The notes under the pieces are model-generated. The model was not told where the DNA came from. It saw nothing but the letters and a program-made list of their open reading frames with translations, and did not search any database. Below are positions 44,801-53,819 of a DNA stretch of 64,000 nucleotides, piece after piece. Within the stretch, counting starts at the first letter, position 1, and every line of letters starts with the position of its first letter. Both the position numbers and the translations under genes were made by a program. This stretch comes from Actinomycetota bacterium (GTDB lineage: Bacteria; Actinomycetota; UBA4738; HRBIN12), in assembly GCA_035512775.1 (NCBI GenBank), contig DATKDI010000049.1, positions 17,137-81,136 on the forward strand. Reading direction: 5' to 3'.

Positions 44801-44975
44801 CGTTCGCCGTGGGAGGGCCGTCATAGAAGACCCACTCGGGGGCGTGCTCGCGCTGCTCGAGGGATCGATGGAAGACGTTCGCCTCCTCCCAGAACGCGAG
44901 GATCGAGCGCTCGAGCTCGGGGAAGCGCACCTTGGGGTCGACCGGCCGGAACCCTGGGCTCTCGTCGTTCGCCAT
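41805..44975 (-). CDS. ileS: isoleucine--tRNA ligase
   Basis: HIGH (PTANAKPHIGHA) and KMSKS (RKMSKSLGN) class-I motifs, with a CP1 editing domain. The start MANDESPG (ATG at 44975) has a GGGAGG RBS. It is convergent with divIVA, with a 6-nt stop-to-stop gap. Confidence 0.9.
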   Translation of the reverse strand: MANDESPGFRPVDPKVRFPELERSILAFWEEANVFHRSLEQREHAPEWVFYDGPPTANAKPHIGHAVTRTFKDVYPRYRTMTGHLVHRKAGWDCHGLPVEIEVEKEIGTSGKRDIEAFGVAEFNERCRVSVRRYVRDWEELTRRIGFWIDMDDAYWTMDPAYVESVWWSLKRLHERGLLIEADKVTAYCPRCGTALSDAEVALGYESVEDPSVYVRFPIVDPPAPDLVGASLLVWTTTPWTLPSNTGVAVGASATYVVAEKDDDRLIVAEPLAAAALGDGWTIRKTLSGEDLLGATYEPPYANVEGAHTVVAGAFVQMEDGTGIVHLAPAFGPEDLEVGRAQGWAVFKPVGDDGRFTDLAPEFIRDLFVKDADPVIVEDLFARGRLLRSETILHTYPFCWRCKTPLLHYARTSWYVRTTAVKERLLDVNDQVDWHPDHIKHGRFGNWLENNVDWALSRERYWGTPLPIWRCPAEHVTAIGSLVELGTLAGRDLTDLDPHRPTIDEITFPCPECGEESRRVPEVIDAWYDSGAMPFAQWGYHPELGRGEEPFGRRFPADFISEAIDQTRGWFYTLMAEGVLHFDTTAYRTVVCFGFIVDEQGRKMSKSLGNAVDPMTVMERYGADALRWVLLTSGSPWSSRRLGDTVLEEAVRQFLLTLWHVYSFFVLYANADAFDPDAEPAPSLSSRPLLDRWILSRLAGTVREVRDGMDGYDVTGAGRRIQAFIEDLSNWYVRRSRRRFWNPGGSGGADSVAAFHTLHECLVTAATLLAPLTPFVSEEIWSNLAAGRGGRPDSVHLADYPRVDEAAVDPGLDDAMALARQVVELGRRIRTETKTRTRQPLPAAVVHLADTPGSFDRLRDTVAEELNVKRVEVAGSADVFGRWRARPDFKVLGPRLGPRVQAVAAALAADDGTLAGRLADGGQIEVAAGEGAPVPIGPDDVQLTHDVRSGLGVASEGGVTVALELEITPELRREGLARELVRMIQDARKEAGLQVTDRIVLGVETSGEPAEVLATHGEEIAAETLAAGVATSGVDGFRLEGTLEATPVVVSLRKEG

Positions 44976-45275
44976 CCGCTCGCCTCCCGACACGCGAAAC
45001 GCCTCGTCCTCGTCTCGCGAGGACGAGGCGCGAGCCCCGCGGTACCACCTCGCTTGCCGGATGCCTTGCGGCGGTCCGGCCGCTCGCGGCCGCGATCACG
45101 GCCTGCCGCTGTGACGGGCGGACCCGCCTGCGTCTACTGGGAGCCGGGGTCCGGCTCGGTTCGGGCAGGGGCTCGGGGAGGATGTCCGCGGGGCGCTCGG
45201 CGCCGGGCTTCCACCGTCCCCGGCTCGCTCTCGCTCTGCGGTCCTCGCAACGTGTTCCCGTCGTCGCCTTCGCGT
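44976..45275 (-). promoter_or_regulatory. T-box riboswitch leader of ileS
   Basis: On the minus strand, a T-box consensus GAGGUGGUACCGCG (forward 45038-45053) sits immediately 5' of a perfect 13-bp terminator stem (45000-45030, CGCCUCGUCCUCG...CGAGGACGAGGCG). After it comes UUUCGCG, then an RBS and the ileS ATG. A candidate Ile specifier AUC lies upstream (forward gat ~45181). Confidence 0.55.
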
Positions 45276-45546
45276 GCATGCTACACACGTGGGCAGCCTG
45301 AGCGTGCGCGTCATCCCCAGGTCGACGAGGACCCGCGTGGAGCGGTCCGGAGAGGGGATCGTCGTGAGGGTCCGGGCGGCGCCCGAGGGGGGCCGCGCGA
45401 CCGATGAGGCGAGGAAGGCACTAGCGACGGCGTTGGGTCTCCCAGCATCCGCCGTAACGCTCCGCAGGGGGCGACGCTCGCGGGAGAAGGTCTTCGAGCT
45501 GGCCGAGATGACGGAAACGGAAGCGCTGCAACGTCTTCTGCCCTGA
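45274..45546 (+). CDS. DUF167 (YggU) family protein
   Basis: VRVIPRSTRTRVE...IVVRVRAAPEGGRATDEARKALATALGLPASAVTLRRGRRSREKVFEL. The start is possibly a GTG at 45286. Confidence 0.6.
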   Translation: MHATHVGSLSVRVIPRSTRTRVERSGEGIVVRVRAAPEGGRATDEARKALATALGLPASAVTLRRGRRSREKVFELAEMTETEALQRLLP

Positions 45547-45551
45547 TCGGC

Positions 45552-45992
45552 GTGCGGCCGGCGATGGGCGTGGCCGATGCGCCGACGTGCTACCCTTCGC
45601 CTCTTATGGCGCAGGCCAAGCTCACCGCGAAGGAGCTCGACGACCTCCGGGCCCGGCTCCAGGAAGAGCGCACCCACCTCGAGGCGCAGCTCGTCTCGAT
45701 CGTCGAGGGTTCCTTCGCGGCAACACAGTCGGATCTGTCGGGGGACGTGGGGCTCGACGACGAATCGGCGGACGCCGGCACCGCCACGTTCGAGCGGGAG
45801 AAGGACCTGTCGATCGAGAACAACGTTCGAGACCTCCTGCGGAAGATCGAGGGCGCGTTGAAGCGCATGGATGCGGGGACCTATGGCCTCTGCGAGCGTT
45901 GCGGCAAGCCGATCGAGAAGGCACGGATCAAGGCCTTGCCGTACGCGGAGCTCTGCATCAAGGACGCGCAGGCGGCGCAGTCGCGTCGCTGA
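45552..45992 (+). CDS. DksA/TraR-family C4-type zinc-finger protein
   Basis: A C-terminal CxxC...CxxC finger, YGLCERCGKPIEKARIKALPYAELCIKD, preceded by a coiled-coil. The start is possibly the internal MAQAK (45606). Confidence 0.65.
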   Translation: MRPAMGVADAPTCYPSPLMAQAKLTAKELDDLRARLQEERTHLEAQLVSIVEGSFAATQSDLSGDVGLDDESADAGTATFEREKDLSIENNVRDLLRKIEGALKRMDAGTYGLCERCGKPIEKARIKALPYAELCIKDAQAAQSRR

Positions 45993-45995
45993 CCC

Positions 45996-46529
45996 GTGGA
46001 CGCGCGGCGGAGCCGGGCGGCCCGAACGCTCTTCGTCGTGGCTGTCGTCTCCTACGGCCTGGACCGGCTCACGAAGATCTGGGCCGAGGCGGCCCTCCCC
46101 GGCTCTCCGATCGACGTCGTGCCGGGCGTGCTCACGTTGCGATTCACGACCAACTCCGGCGGTGCATTCAGCATCGGCCAGAGCGCCCCGTGGTTCTTCG
46201 TCGGGGTGTCGGCGGTCGTGGTTGCGATCATCCTCGCCACCTCGCTCCGGCACACCAGCCGGATCGTCGGCGCGGGTCTGGGACTGGTGCTCGGTGGAGC
46301 GCTCGGCAACCTCACGGATCGCGCCTTCCGGGATGAGGGCTTCCGAGGACGCGTCGTCGACTTCATCGACTTCCACGTGTGGCCGATCTTCAATCTGGCC
46401 GATTCCGCGATCGTGATCGGCGCGATCGTGCTCGCGTGGGCGGGGACGCGGGAACGGCCGCGAGAGCGGCCGGGGGAGGGGCCAGGGGAGGAGAACGAGC
46501 AGCCAGAGCCGACGGCGGCGCCACGATGA
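45996..46529 (+). CDS. lspA: lipoprotein signal peptidase II
   Basis: RFTTNSGGAFS, FDFHVWPIFNLADSAI catalytic Asp motifs and 4 TM helices. Confidence 0.85.
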   Translation: MDARRSRAARTLFVVAVVSYGLDRLTKIWAEAALPGSPIDVVPGVLTLRFTTNSGGAFSIGQSAPWFFVGVSAVVVAIILATSLRHTSRIVGAGLGLVLGGALGNLTDRAFRDEGFRGRVVDFIDFHVWPIFNLADSAIVIGAIVLAWAGTRERPRERPGEGPGEENEQPEPTAAPR

Positions 46530-47410
46530 AGCGGACGCTCGTGGCCGAGGCGGGGCGGCTCGATGCCGTCATCGCGCGGATGACCGGCGAGGCGCGAGCG
46601 GACGTCCAGCGCGCGATCACCTCGGGGAAGGTACAGGTCGACGGCGAGCCGCGGCCGAAATCGTTCCGCTTGCGCGGTGGCGAGCGGGTGACGCTCGAGA
46701 TCGAGCGGGACGAGCCCGTCGCCGCGGAGGGGCCTCCGGTGCCGATCCGCTACGAGGACGACCACCTCCTCGTGATCGTGAAGCCCGCCGGCCTCGTGAC
46801 GCATCCCACCGCCGGCCGGCGCGGAGGGACGCTCGTGAACCGACTGCTCGGGATGGGCGTCCGCCTGGCGCCGGCCGGCGGCCCGCTCCGTCCCGGCATC
46901 GTGCACCGGCTGGACGTGGGCACCTCCGGGCTGCTGGTCGTGGCCAAGACCGATGAGGCCTACGCGGCACTGAGAAGCATGTTCGGCGTCCATGCTTTGG
47001 AGCGAGGGTATCTCGCGCTCGTGCGGGGTGCGGTGGCCAACGACTCCTTCGCCGTCGACGCGCCGCTCGGCCGGCGCGCGGCCAAGATCGTCGTGGACGC
47101 GACCGAGGGCAGGGAGGCGGAGACGGGGTTCGAGGTCCGCGAGCGGTTGGACGGCGCGACGCTCTTGGAGGCGGTCCCGCGAACCGGACGTACGCACCAG
47201 ATCCGGGTGCACCTGGCGGCGATCGGGCATCCGATCCTGGGGGATCGCGCGTACGGCGGGGGCGGGAACGATGCTCGCCGGGCGGGGCTCGACCGCCCGT
47301 TCCTGCACGCCTGGCGCCTGTCGTTCACCCACCCGATCGGCGGTGCCCGGGTCGAGGTGGTGGAGGAACTTCCCGAGGAGCTCGTCGAGGCGCTCGCTCG
47401 GTTCCGATGA
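46526..47410 (+). CDS. rluD: RluA/RluD-family pseudouridine synthase with N-terminal S4 domain
   Basis: HRLDVGTSGLLVVAKT catalytic Asp motif. ATGA overlap with lspA. ORF-track start 46379 is an in-frame run-on. Confidence 0.8.
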   Translation: MKRTLVAEAGRLDAVIARMTGEARADVQRAITSGKVQVDGEPRPKSFRLRGGERVTLEIERDEPVAAEGPPVPIRYEDDHLLVIVKPAGLVTHPTAGRRGGTLVNRLLGMGVRLAPAGGPLRPGIVHRLDVGTSGLLVVAKTDEAYAALRSMFGVHALERGYLALVRGAVANDSFAVDAPLGRRAAKIVVDATEGREAETGFEVRERLDGATLLEAVPRTGRTHQIRVHLAAIGHPILGDRAYGGGGNDARRAGLDRPFLHAWRLSFTHPIGGARVEVVEELPEELVEALARFR

Positions 47411-47420
47411 GGGCGTTCGC

Positions 47421-47450
47421 TTGACGGCGCCGGAGCGGCAACGTAGCGTG
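47421..47450 (+). promoter_or_regulatory. candidate dnaE1 promoter (TTGACG -17- TAGCGT)
   Basis: Read directly in the 92-nt rluD-dnaE spacer. A 9-bp inverted repeat GTTTCCACA...TGTGGAAAC (47468-47510) spans the RBS and start. Confidence 0.3.
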
Positions 47451-47502
47451 GGGCTCCTACGAATCACAGTCATGTAAGTTTCCACAACCGGCCGGGACGG
47501 GT

Positions 47503-50500
47503 GTGGAAAACCCCTCTCCGGAGGTCGCCACGGCAGCGCGAGAAGGTTTCGTCCATCTGCACGTTCACTCCGAGTATTCGCTGCTGGACGGGGCTGCCCG
47601 CATCGAGGCTCCCGCGGCCAACCGAGCCGCCCCGACGATCTTCTCGGAAGCGCAGCGTATGGAGATGCCGGCCATCGCCGTCACCGATCACGGGGTGATG
47701 TTCGGCGCCCTCCCGTTCTACGAGGCGGCGCATGCCCACGGCATCAAGCCGATCCTGGGGGTCGAAGCCTACGTCGCGCCGGGTTCGCGATTCGACCGCG
47801 AACCCGGGGAGAACGAGGAGAAGTACCACCACCTGACGCTGCTCGCCCGCAACGAGACGGGCTACCGGAACCTGCTGAAGCTCGTGTCGGCGGCGCACCT
47901 CGAGGGCTTCTACCACCGCCCGCGCATGGACAAGCAGCTCCTGGCGGAGCACGCCGAGGGGCTGACCTGCCTGTCCGGTTGCCTGTCGTCGGAGCTGTCG
48001 AAGTTCCTGCTCACGGAACAGGAGGCTCGAGCGCGGGCGGTGGCCGCCGAGTACCGGGACATCTTCGGCGCCGGCAACTACTGGATCGAGCTCCAGGACC
48101 ACGGCCTCTCGGAGCAGCGCCGGGTGACGCCGCGGCAGGTGTCCCTCGCGCAGGAGCTCGGCATCGGTCTGGTCGCGACCAACGACCTGCACTACACGTC
48201 GGCCGACGACGCCAAGCCGCACGACGTGTTGCTCTGCATCCAGCAGCAGAAGTTGCAGACGGACCCGAAACGGCTCCGCTTCGACTCCGAGGAGTTCTAC
48301 CTGAAGTCGGCGGAGCAGATGCGGGCACTCTTCGCGGAGCTCCCCGAAGCGTGCGACCACACGCTCGAGATCGCGGAGTCGGTGGAGCTCGAGCTCATCT
48401 ACGGCGACGCCGCTCCGCTCGAGGAGCGCTACCACCTGCCTCGATTCGAGGCGCCGAACGGGCAGTCGCTCGAGGCCTATCTGCGGGAGCTCACGCTCAC
48501 CGGGGCGGCCCAGCGGTACGGGGATCCGTTGCCGTCGGAGATCGGAGATCGGCTCGACTTCGAGATGAGCGTGATCCTGCAGATGGGGCTCGCCGGGTAC
48601 TTCCTGATCGTCTGGGATCTGATCCGATTCGCCCGAGAGCAGGGCATCCGCGTCGGACCCGGGCGGGGTTCGGCAGCGGGCTCGGTCGTGTCCTATTGCC
48701 TGCGCATCACCGACGTGGATCCGCTCCGGTACGGGTTGATCTTCGAGCGCTTCCTGAACCCGGAGCGGATCCAGATGCCGGACATCGACATGGACTTCGA
48801 CGAGCGTCGCCGCGACGAGGTGATCAGGTACGCCAGCACCAAGTACGGCGCCGACCACGTCGCCCAGATCGTCACGTTCCAGACGATCAAAGGCAAGCAG
48901 GGGATCCGCGACGCCGCGCGCGTCCTCGGCTTCCCGCCGTCGGTGGGGGACCGTCTCTGCAAGATGTACCCGTCGCCGGTCATGGGTCGCGATCACCCGA
49001 TCGAGGAGGCCCTGCGGCTGTCCCCGGAGCTCGCGACCGCCTACGAGGGCGAACCCGAGGCGAAGGAGATCGTCGACACGGCGCGAGCGCTCGAGGGGCT
49101 GCGCCGCGAGGACTCGGTGCACGCCGCCGGCGTCGTGATCGGCGACGCGCCGCTGGTGCGGTATCTCCCGCTGAAGCTGTCGAAGGATTCCCGCGACGAT
49201 TCCAAGCGCATCGTCACGCAGTTCGACATGCACGGGGTGGAGAAGCTGGGTCTGCTCAAGATGGACTTCCTCGGACTGCGCAACCTGTCCGTGATCGAGG
49301 ACACGCTCCGGCACCTCCGCGTCGACGGGGTGGAGATGGATATCGACCACGTCGCGCTGGACGATCCGGAGACCTACGCGATGCTCCGCCGAGGGGAGAC
49401 GACCGGCGTGTTCCAGATGGAGTCGGGCGGCATGCGCAGCCTGATCAAGCTCCTGGAGCCCGACCGGTTCGAGGACCTGATGGCGCTCGTCGCCCTCTAC
49501 CGCCCCGGGCCTCTCAACAACGGCCTGCACACCGAGTACGCCGAGCGGAAGCACGGGCGCAAGCCCGTGACCTACCCGCATCCCGACCTCGAGCCGATCC
49601 TGCGGGGGACGTACGGCGTGATGGTCTACCAGGAGCAGGTGATGCAGATCGCCGTGGCGATGGCCGGATTCTCGATGGGCGAAGCCGACACACTCCGCAA
49701 GGCGATGGGCAAGAAGAAGATCGAGTACCTGATGCCGTTCAAGGAGCGCTTCGTGAAGGGAGCCGTCGATCGCGGCTATCCGGAGCGAGGGGCCGCGGAC
49801 ATGTTCGAGATGTTCGTCCCGTTCGCCGACTACGGGTTCAACGCCTCCCATGCGTGCGCCTACGGTCTGGTCGCGTACCAGACCGCGTACCTGATGGCGC
49901 ATCACCCCGTCTCGTACATGGCGGCGATCCTCACCTCGGTCAAGGACGACAAGGACCGCAAGCCGTATTACCTGTACGCGTGCCGCGCGATGGACATCGA
50001 GGTGCTGCCGCCCGACGTCAACGATTCCGCGCTCGACTTCGCCCCGGCGGCGGGTGGTGGCAGGGCGATCCGGTACGGATTGTCCGCGGTGCGCAACGTC
50101 GGCGACGGGGCCGTGCAGCAGATCATCGAGGCGCGTGCGGAGAAGGGCCGCTTCGAGTCCTACTCCGACTTCTGTCGGAAGGTCGACCCGTCGGTCCTCG
50201 CGAAGCGGATGCTGGAGTCGTTGGTCCTGGCCGGTGCGTTCGACTCACTGGGGTACCGGCGGCGGGCGCTGCTGATCTCACAGGACAAGGTGTCCGGTCC
50301 GATCGCCGCCGAGCGCAAGGCGGAGGCGGCAGGGCAGTTCTCCCTGTTCGGCGGGGACTCGGAGGTCGGACAGATCGACGAGTCGGTCCTGCAGGGCGAG
50401 GAGTTCGACAAACCGGAGCTCCTCCGCTACGAGAAGGAGATGCTCGGGCAGTTCGTCTCGGACCACCCGCTCCTCGAGGTGGCGGATGCCCTGCGAGCGC

Positions 50501-51054
50501 AGAGCTCGCACGAGATCGGCGATCTCGACGGCGCCGACGACGGCGAGCTCGTGACCGCGGCCGGGATCATCGGTGGGGTCGCCAGGAAGTACACGAAGCG
50601 CGGGGAGCCGTACGCCCAGTTCCGCCTCGAGGGACTGGCGGCTGGCGTCGAGGTGGTGGCGTTCCCCTCGGTGTACGAGGCCGATCCCGACCTCATCTCG
50701 GCGGACCGGATCGTGGTGGTCGTCGGTCGCATCGACCGGCGGGGGCGGGAGCTCCAGATCCGGGCGAACGAGGTGCGCGAGCCCATCCTCGTCGGTGTGG
50801 AGACACAGTCGGATCCCGGGTCCGTGGTGATCGACCTCACGGCGGCGGCATGCACCGATGCGGTGTTGGCCAAGATGGCCGAGCTGTTGCGTTCCCGGCC
50901 GGGGCCTGCACCCGTGAAGGTGCGATTCCACTCCTCTGCCGGCGTGCGACCACTCGACATGGGCGAGTTCCGCGTGGACTCCTCGGCCGCGCTGATGGGG
51001 GAGCTCACAGGACTGCTCGGCACGGGCTCCGCCCGCGTGGAACGCTTCGCCTGA
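47503..51054 (+). CDS. dnaE: DNA polymerase III alpha subunit (replicative DnaE1)
   Basis: 1183 aa. PHP FVHLHVHSEYSLLDGA, palm PDIDMDF, fingers LGLLKMDFLGLRNLSVI, and an OB domain. The neighbourhood lspA-rluD-dnaE1 is conserved, as in Mycobacterium and Streptomyces. Confidence 0.9.
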   Translation: MENPSPEVATAAREGFVHLHVHSEYSLLDGAARIEAPAANRAAPTIFSEAQRMEMPAIAVTDHGVMFGALPFYEAAHAHGIKPILGVEAYVAPGSRFDREPGENEEKYHHLTLLARNETGYRNLLKLVSAAHLEGFYHRPRMDKQLLAEHAEGLTCLSGCLSSELSKFLLTEQEARARAVAAEYRDIFGAGNYWIELQDHGLSEQRRVTPRQVSLAQELGIGLVATNDLHYTSADDAKPHDVLLCIQQQKLQTDPKRLRFDSEEFYLKSAEQMRALFAELPEACDHTLEIAESVELELIYGDAAPLEERYHLPRFEAPNGQSLEAYLRELTLTGAAQRYGDPLPSEIGDRLDFEMSVILQMGLAGYFLIVWDLIRFAREQGIRVGPGRGSAAGSVVSYCLRITDVDPLRYGLIFERFLNPERIQMPDIDMDFDERRRDEVIRYASTKYGADHVAQIVTFQTIKGKQGIRDAARVLGFPPSVGDRLCKMYPSPVMGRDHPIEEALRLSPELATAYEGEPEAKEIVDTARALEGLRREDSVHAAGVVIGDAPLVRYLPLKLSKDSRDDSKRIVTQFDMHGVEKLGLLKMDFLGLRNLSVIEDTLRHLRVDGVEMDIDHVALDDPETYAMLRRGETTGVFQMESGGMRSLIKLLEPDRFEDLMALVALYRPGPLNNGLHTEYAERKHGRKPVTYPHPDLEPILRGTYGVMVYQEQVMQIAVAMAGFSMGEADTLRKAMGKKKIEYLMPFKERFVKGAVDRGYPERGAADMFEMFVPFADYGFNASHACAYGLVAYQTAYLMAHHPVSYMAAILTSVKDDKDRKPYYLYACRAMDIEVLPPDVNDSALDFAPAAGGGRAIRYGLSAVRNVGDGAVQQIIEARAEKGRFESYSDFCRKVDPSVLAKRMLESLVLAGAFDSLGYRRRALLISQDKVSGPIAAERKAEAAGQFSLFGGDSEVGQIDESVLQGEEFDKPELLRYEKEMLGQFVSDHPLLEVADALRAQSSHEIGDLDGADDGELVTAAGIIGGVARKYTKRGEPYAQFRLEGLAAGVEVVAFPSVYEADPDLISADRIVVVVGRIDRRGRELQIRANEVREPILVGVETQSDPGSVVIDLTAAACTDAVLAKMAELLRSRPGPAPVKVRFHSSAGVRPLDMGEFRVDSSAALMGELTGLLGTGSARVERFA

Positions 51055-51090
51055 GGTTCACTCCGGTCGCCATGGCTCTCGACCTCTATC

Positions 51091-51807
51091 GTGCTCGGCG
51101 TGTTCGAGGTCATCCCCGCGATCGACGTGAGCGACGGCGCCCTCGCCGCTCTCACACCGGCGGGACCGCGGCCCGCGAAGGCGTTCAGAGGGGATCCGGT
51201 CGCCGCCGCGGAAGCGGCGGTGACGGCGGGCGCCCGGTGGCTCCACGTCGTGGACATGGACCTCGCCTTCCGAGGTGAAGCCCGGAACCTCGGGATCATG
51301 GCCGAGATCGCCTCGCTCCCCGTCGCCGTCCAGGCGGCGGGTGGCGTACGCGACGCCGAGGAGGTTCGAGCCCTCTTCGACGCGGGGGCCACGCGGGTCG
51401 TCCTCGGATCGGCAGCCCTCGCGGACGAGCACGGGGCGACGGCGCTCCTATCGGCGGAGGGACCTCGCCTCGCGATCGGGATCGAGGTGGACCAGGGGCG
51501 CATCCGCTCCCGCGGCCGCGACCCGGTCGACCTGCCGTTGCTCGAGACCCTCGGGTGGGTCGTCGCCGCCGGTGGCGCCGTGCTGCTCGTGACCTCGGTC
51601 GACCGCGTGGGAACGCGCGGGGGTCCGGACCTCGAGCTGGTGAAGCGGGTGGGGCGCGCCGGCCGCGCCGTGCTGGCGGCCGGGGGGATCGCGTCCATCG
51701 CGGACCTGCTCGACCTCCGGGCGGCCGGCGTGGCGGGCGCGGTCGTCGGGAGCGCGGCGCTCGACGGCTCGCTGGATCTGGCGGCGGCGATCGCCGAGGT
51801 GACCTGA
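51091..51807 (+). CDS. HisA/HisF-family (beta/alpha)8-barrel isomerase, PriA/TrpF-like, encoded as first gene of the trpCBA operon
   Basis: VIPAIDVSDGALAAL...GARWLHVVDMDLAF...AVQAAGGVRD...VVLGSAAL...IGIEV...LLVTSVDRVGTRGGPDLELVKRV...VLAAGGIAS. A GTG start sits 37 nt after the dnaE stop, and trpC follows 37 nt after its own stop. Confidence 0.65.
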   Translation: MLGVFEVIPAIDVSDGALAALTPAGPRPAKAFRGDPVAAAEAAVTAGARWLHVVDMDLAFRGEARNLGIMAEIASLPVAVQAAGGVRDAEEVRALFDAGATRVVLGSAALADEHGATALLSAEGPRLAIGIEVDQGRIRSRGRDPVDLPLLETLGWVVAAGGAVLLVTSVDRVGTRGGPDLELVKRVGRAGRAVLAAGGIASIADLLDLRAAGVAGAVVGSAALDGSLDLAAAIAEVT

Positions 51808-51843
51808 GGCCGGGATCGACCGGCGGTCTAGACTCGCCGCCCC

Positions 51844-52629
51844 ATGGGGTTCCTCAGCGATCTCGTCGAGCGGCTCGAGCGGGACCTGCACGAGCACCCG
51901 CTCGACGATCTGGCGTTGATGGCGCGCGCATCCGCGATGCCGCCGGTGCGAGATCTCGAAGCGGCCCTTCGGCTCGCGGAGCCGCCCGCGTTGATCGCCG
52001 AGGTGAAGCGCGCCTCGCCGTCGGCCGGGATGATCGCGGAGCAGGTGAACCCGAGCGTGCTCGCCAGGGGGTACGAGGCGGGCGGCGCCGCGGCCGTCTC
52101 GGTCCTCACGGAGCCCCGGCACTTCCAAGGGTCTCTCGCGGACCTGCAGGCGGCTCGCTCGTCGGTGTCGATCCCGGTGCTACGGAAGGACTTCCTGATC
52201 CACCCGTCCCAGGTGATCGAGGCGAGGGCCTCGGGCGCCGATGCCGTCCTGTTGATCGTGGCGGCCCTGACGGACACACAGCTCCGGGCGCTCCTGGAAA
52301 CCGCCCGCGACCTCGGTCTCGGCGCGCTCGTGGAGACGCATTCGGATGAGGACCTGCGGCGTGCGCTCGAGACCGACGCCGGCATCATCGGGGTCAACGC
52401 GCGGGACCTCGAGACCCTCGAGGTCGACGTCGACGCGGCGCTGGCCCGGATCGGAGGAGTGCCGGAGGACCGGATCTCGGTGCTGGAGAGCGGGATCTCG
52501 ACCCGGGCGAACGTCGACGCCGCGCTCGAGGCGGGGGCGTCTGCCATCCTGGTGGGCGAGGCGCTGATGCGCGCGGACGACCCTGCCCGCGCCGTGAGGA
52601 AGCTCCTCTGGAGGGAACTCCGCACATGA
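51844..52629 (+). CDS. trpC: indole-3-glycerol phosphate synthase
   Basis: [13 protein letters not shown]...[11 protein letters not shown]...[14 protein letters not shown]...ALVETH...[12 protein letters not shown]. Confidence 0.9.
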   Translation: MGFLSDLVERLERDLHEHPLDDLALMARASAMPPVRDLEAALRLAEPPALIAEVKRASPSAGMIAEQVNPSVLARGYEAGGAAAVSVLTEPRHFQGSLADLQAARSSVSIPVLRKDFLIHPSQVIEARASGADAVLLIVAALTDTQLRALLETARDLGLGALVETHSDEDLRRALETDAGIIGVNARDLETLEVDVDAALARIGGVPEDRISVLESGISTRANVDAALEAGASAILVGEALMRADDPARAVRKLLWRELRT

Positions 52630-53819
52630 CGATCGCCGCCACCGTCCCCGACGCTCCCGGCCGGTTCGGTACCTACGGGGGTCGCTACGTCCCGGAGGTC
52701 CTGATCCCCGCGCTGGACGAGCTGGCGGACGCTTGGTCCCGGCTGCGGGAGGATCCCGGCTTCCGGACCGAGCTCGCGTCGCTCTCGAGGGACTTCGTCG
52801 GGCGCCCGACGCCGCTCACCTTCGCCGCCCGGCTCTCCACCGGGCTCGGCTACCGCGTCTGGCTCAAGCGGGAGGACCTGGCACACACCGGCGCCCACAA
52901 GATCAACAACGCGCTGGGCCAAGCGCTCCTCGCGAAGCGCCTCGGCAAGGAGCGGATCATCGCCGAGACCGGCGCGGGGATGCACGGCGTGGCGACCGCG
53001 ACGGCGTGCGCTCTCCTGGGTCTGCCCTGCGTCGTCTACATGGGGGAAGAGGACACGCGACGGCAGGCGCCCAACGTCTCCCGGATGAAGCTGCTCGGCG
53101 CCGAGGTGGTCCCGGTCACGGCGGGCTCGAAGACCTTGAAGGAAGCCGTGAACGAGGCGCTCCGCGACTGGGCCGCGTCGGTCCGGACGACCCACTACAT
53201 CATCGGGTCGGTCGTGGGGCCGCACCCGTTCCCCGTCCTCGTGCGAGACCTCCAGCGGGTGATCGGTGACGAAGCACGACCCCGGTTCCGGGACGAGAAC
53301 GACGGAGCCGAGCCCGACGTCGTCGCTGCATGCGTCGGTGGTGGCAGCAACGCGATCGGGATGTTCACGGCGTTCGTGGGCGCAGCGGGCGTCCGGCTGA
53401 TCGGCGTCGAGGCCGGTGGCCGAGGGACGACCCTCGGTGAGCATTGCGCCTCGCTCACCCAAGGCGAGCCGGGCATCCTCCATGGTGCGCTCACCTATCT
53501 GCTGCAAGACGATGACGGGCAGGTCGCCGACACCCACTCGATCTCCGCTGGCCTCGACTATCCGGGGGTCGGACCGGAGCACGCCTATCTCCGCGACGCC
53601 GGTCTGGCCGAGTACGTGAGCGCCTCGGACGACGACGCCCTCGCGGGCTTCCAAGCGCTCGCGCAGACCGAGGGGATCATCCCCGCACTCGAACCCGCCC
53701 ATGTGATCGGCTGGCTCCTCCGGAAACCTCTTCCCGAGGGGACGTCGGTCCTCGTTTGCCTCTCGGGACGCGGCGACAAGGACCTCGAGACGGTGCGGGC
53801 GAAGCTCGGGATCACGTAG
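52626..53819 (+). CDS. trpB: tryptophan synthase beta subunit
   Basis: [13 protein letters not shown]...[20 protein letters not shown] (PLP-Lys)...[12 protein letters not shown] overlap with trpC. Confidence 0.9.
   Translation: MTIAATVPDAPGRFGTYGGRYVPEVLIPALDELADAWSRLREDPGFRTELASLSRDFVGRPTPLTFAARLSTGLGYRVWLKREDLAHTGAHKINNALGQALLAKRLGKERIIAETGAGMHGVATATACALLGLPCVVYMGEEDTRRQAPNVSRMKLLGAEVVPVTAGSKTLKEAVNEALRDWAASVRTTHYIIGSVVGPHPFPVLVRDLQRVIGDEARPRFRDENDGAEPDVVAACVGGGSNAIGMFTAFVGAAGVRLIGVEAGGRGTTLGEHCASLTQGEPGILHGALTYLLQDDDGQVADTHSISAGLDYPGVGPEHAYLRDAGLAEYVSASDDDALAGFQALAQTEGIIPALEPAHVIGWLLRKPLPEGTSVLVCLSGRGDKDLETVRAKLGIT

Noticed and set aside
43479-45407. 642-aa plus-strand ORF, plus 45096..46376 and 46052..47485 minus-strand ORFs
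   Set aside because: They are antisense to ileS and to the lspA/rluD block respectively. The 45096..46376 ORF also crosses the T-box leader.
47470-51278. 811-aa minus-strand ORF and 1099-aa plus-strand off-frame ORF inside dnaE1
   Set aside because: The dnaE1 frame has PHP, palm and fingers motifs. The alternatives are low-complexity.
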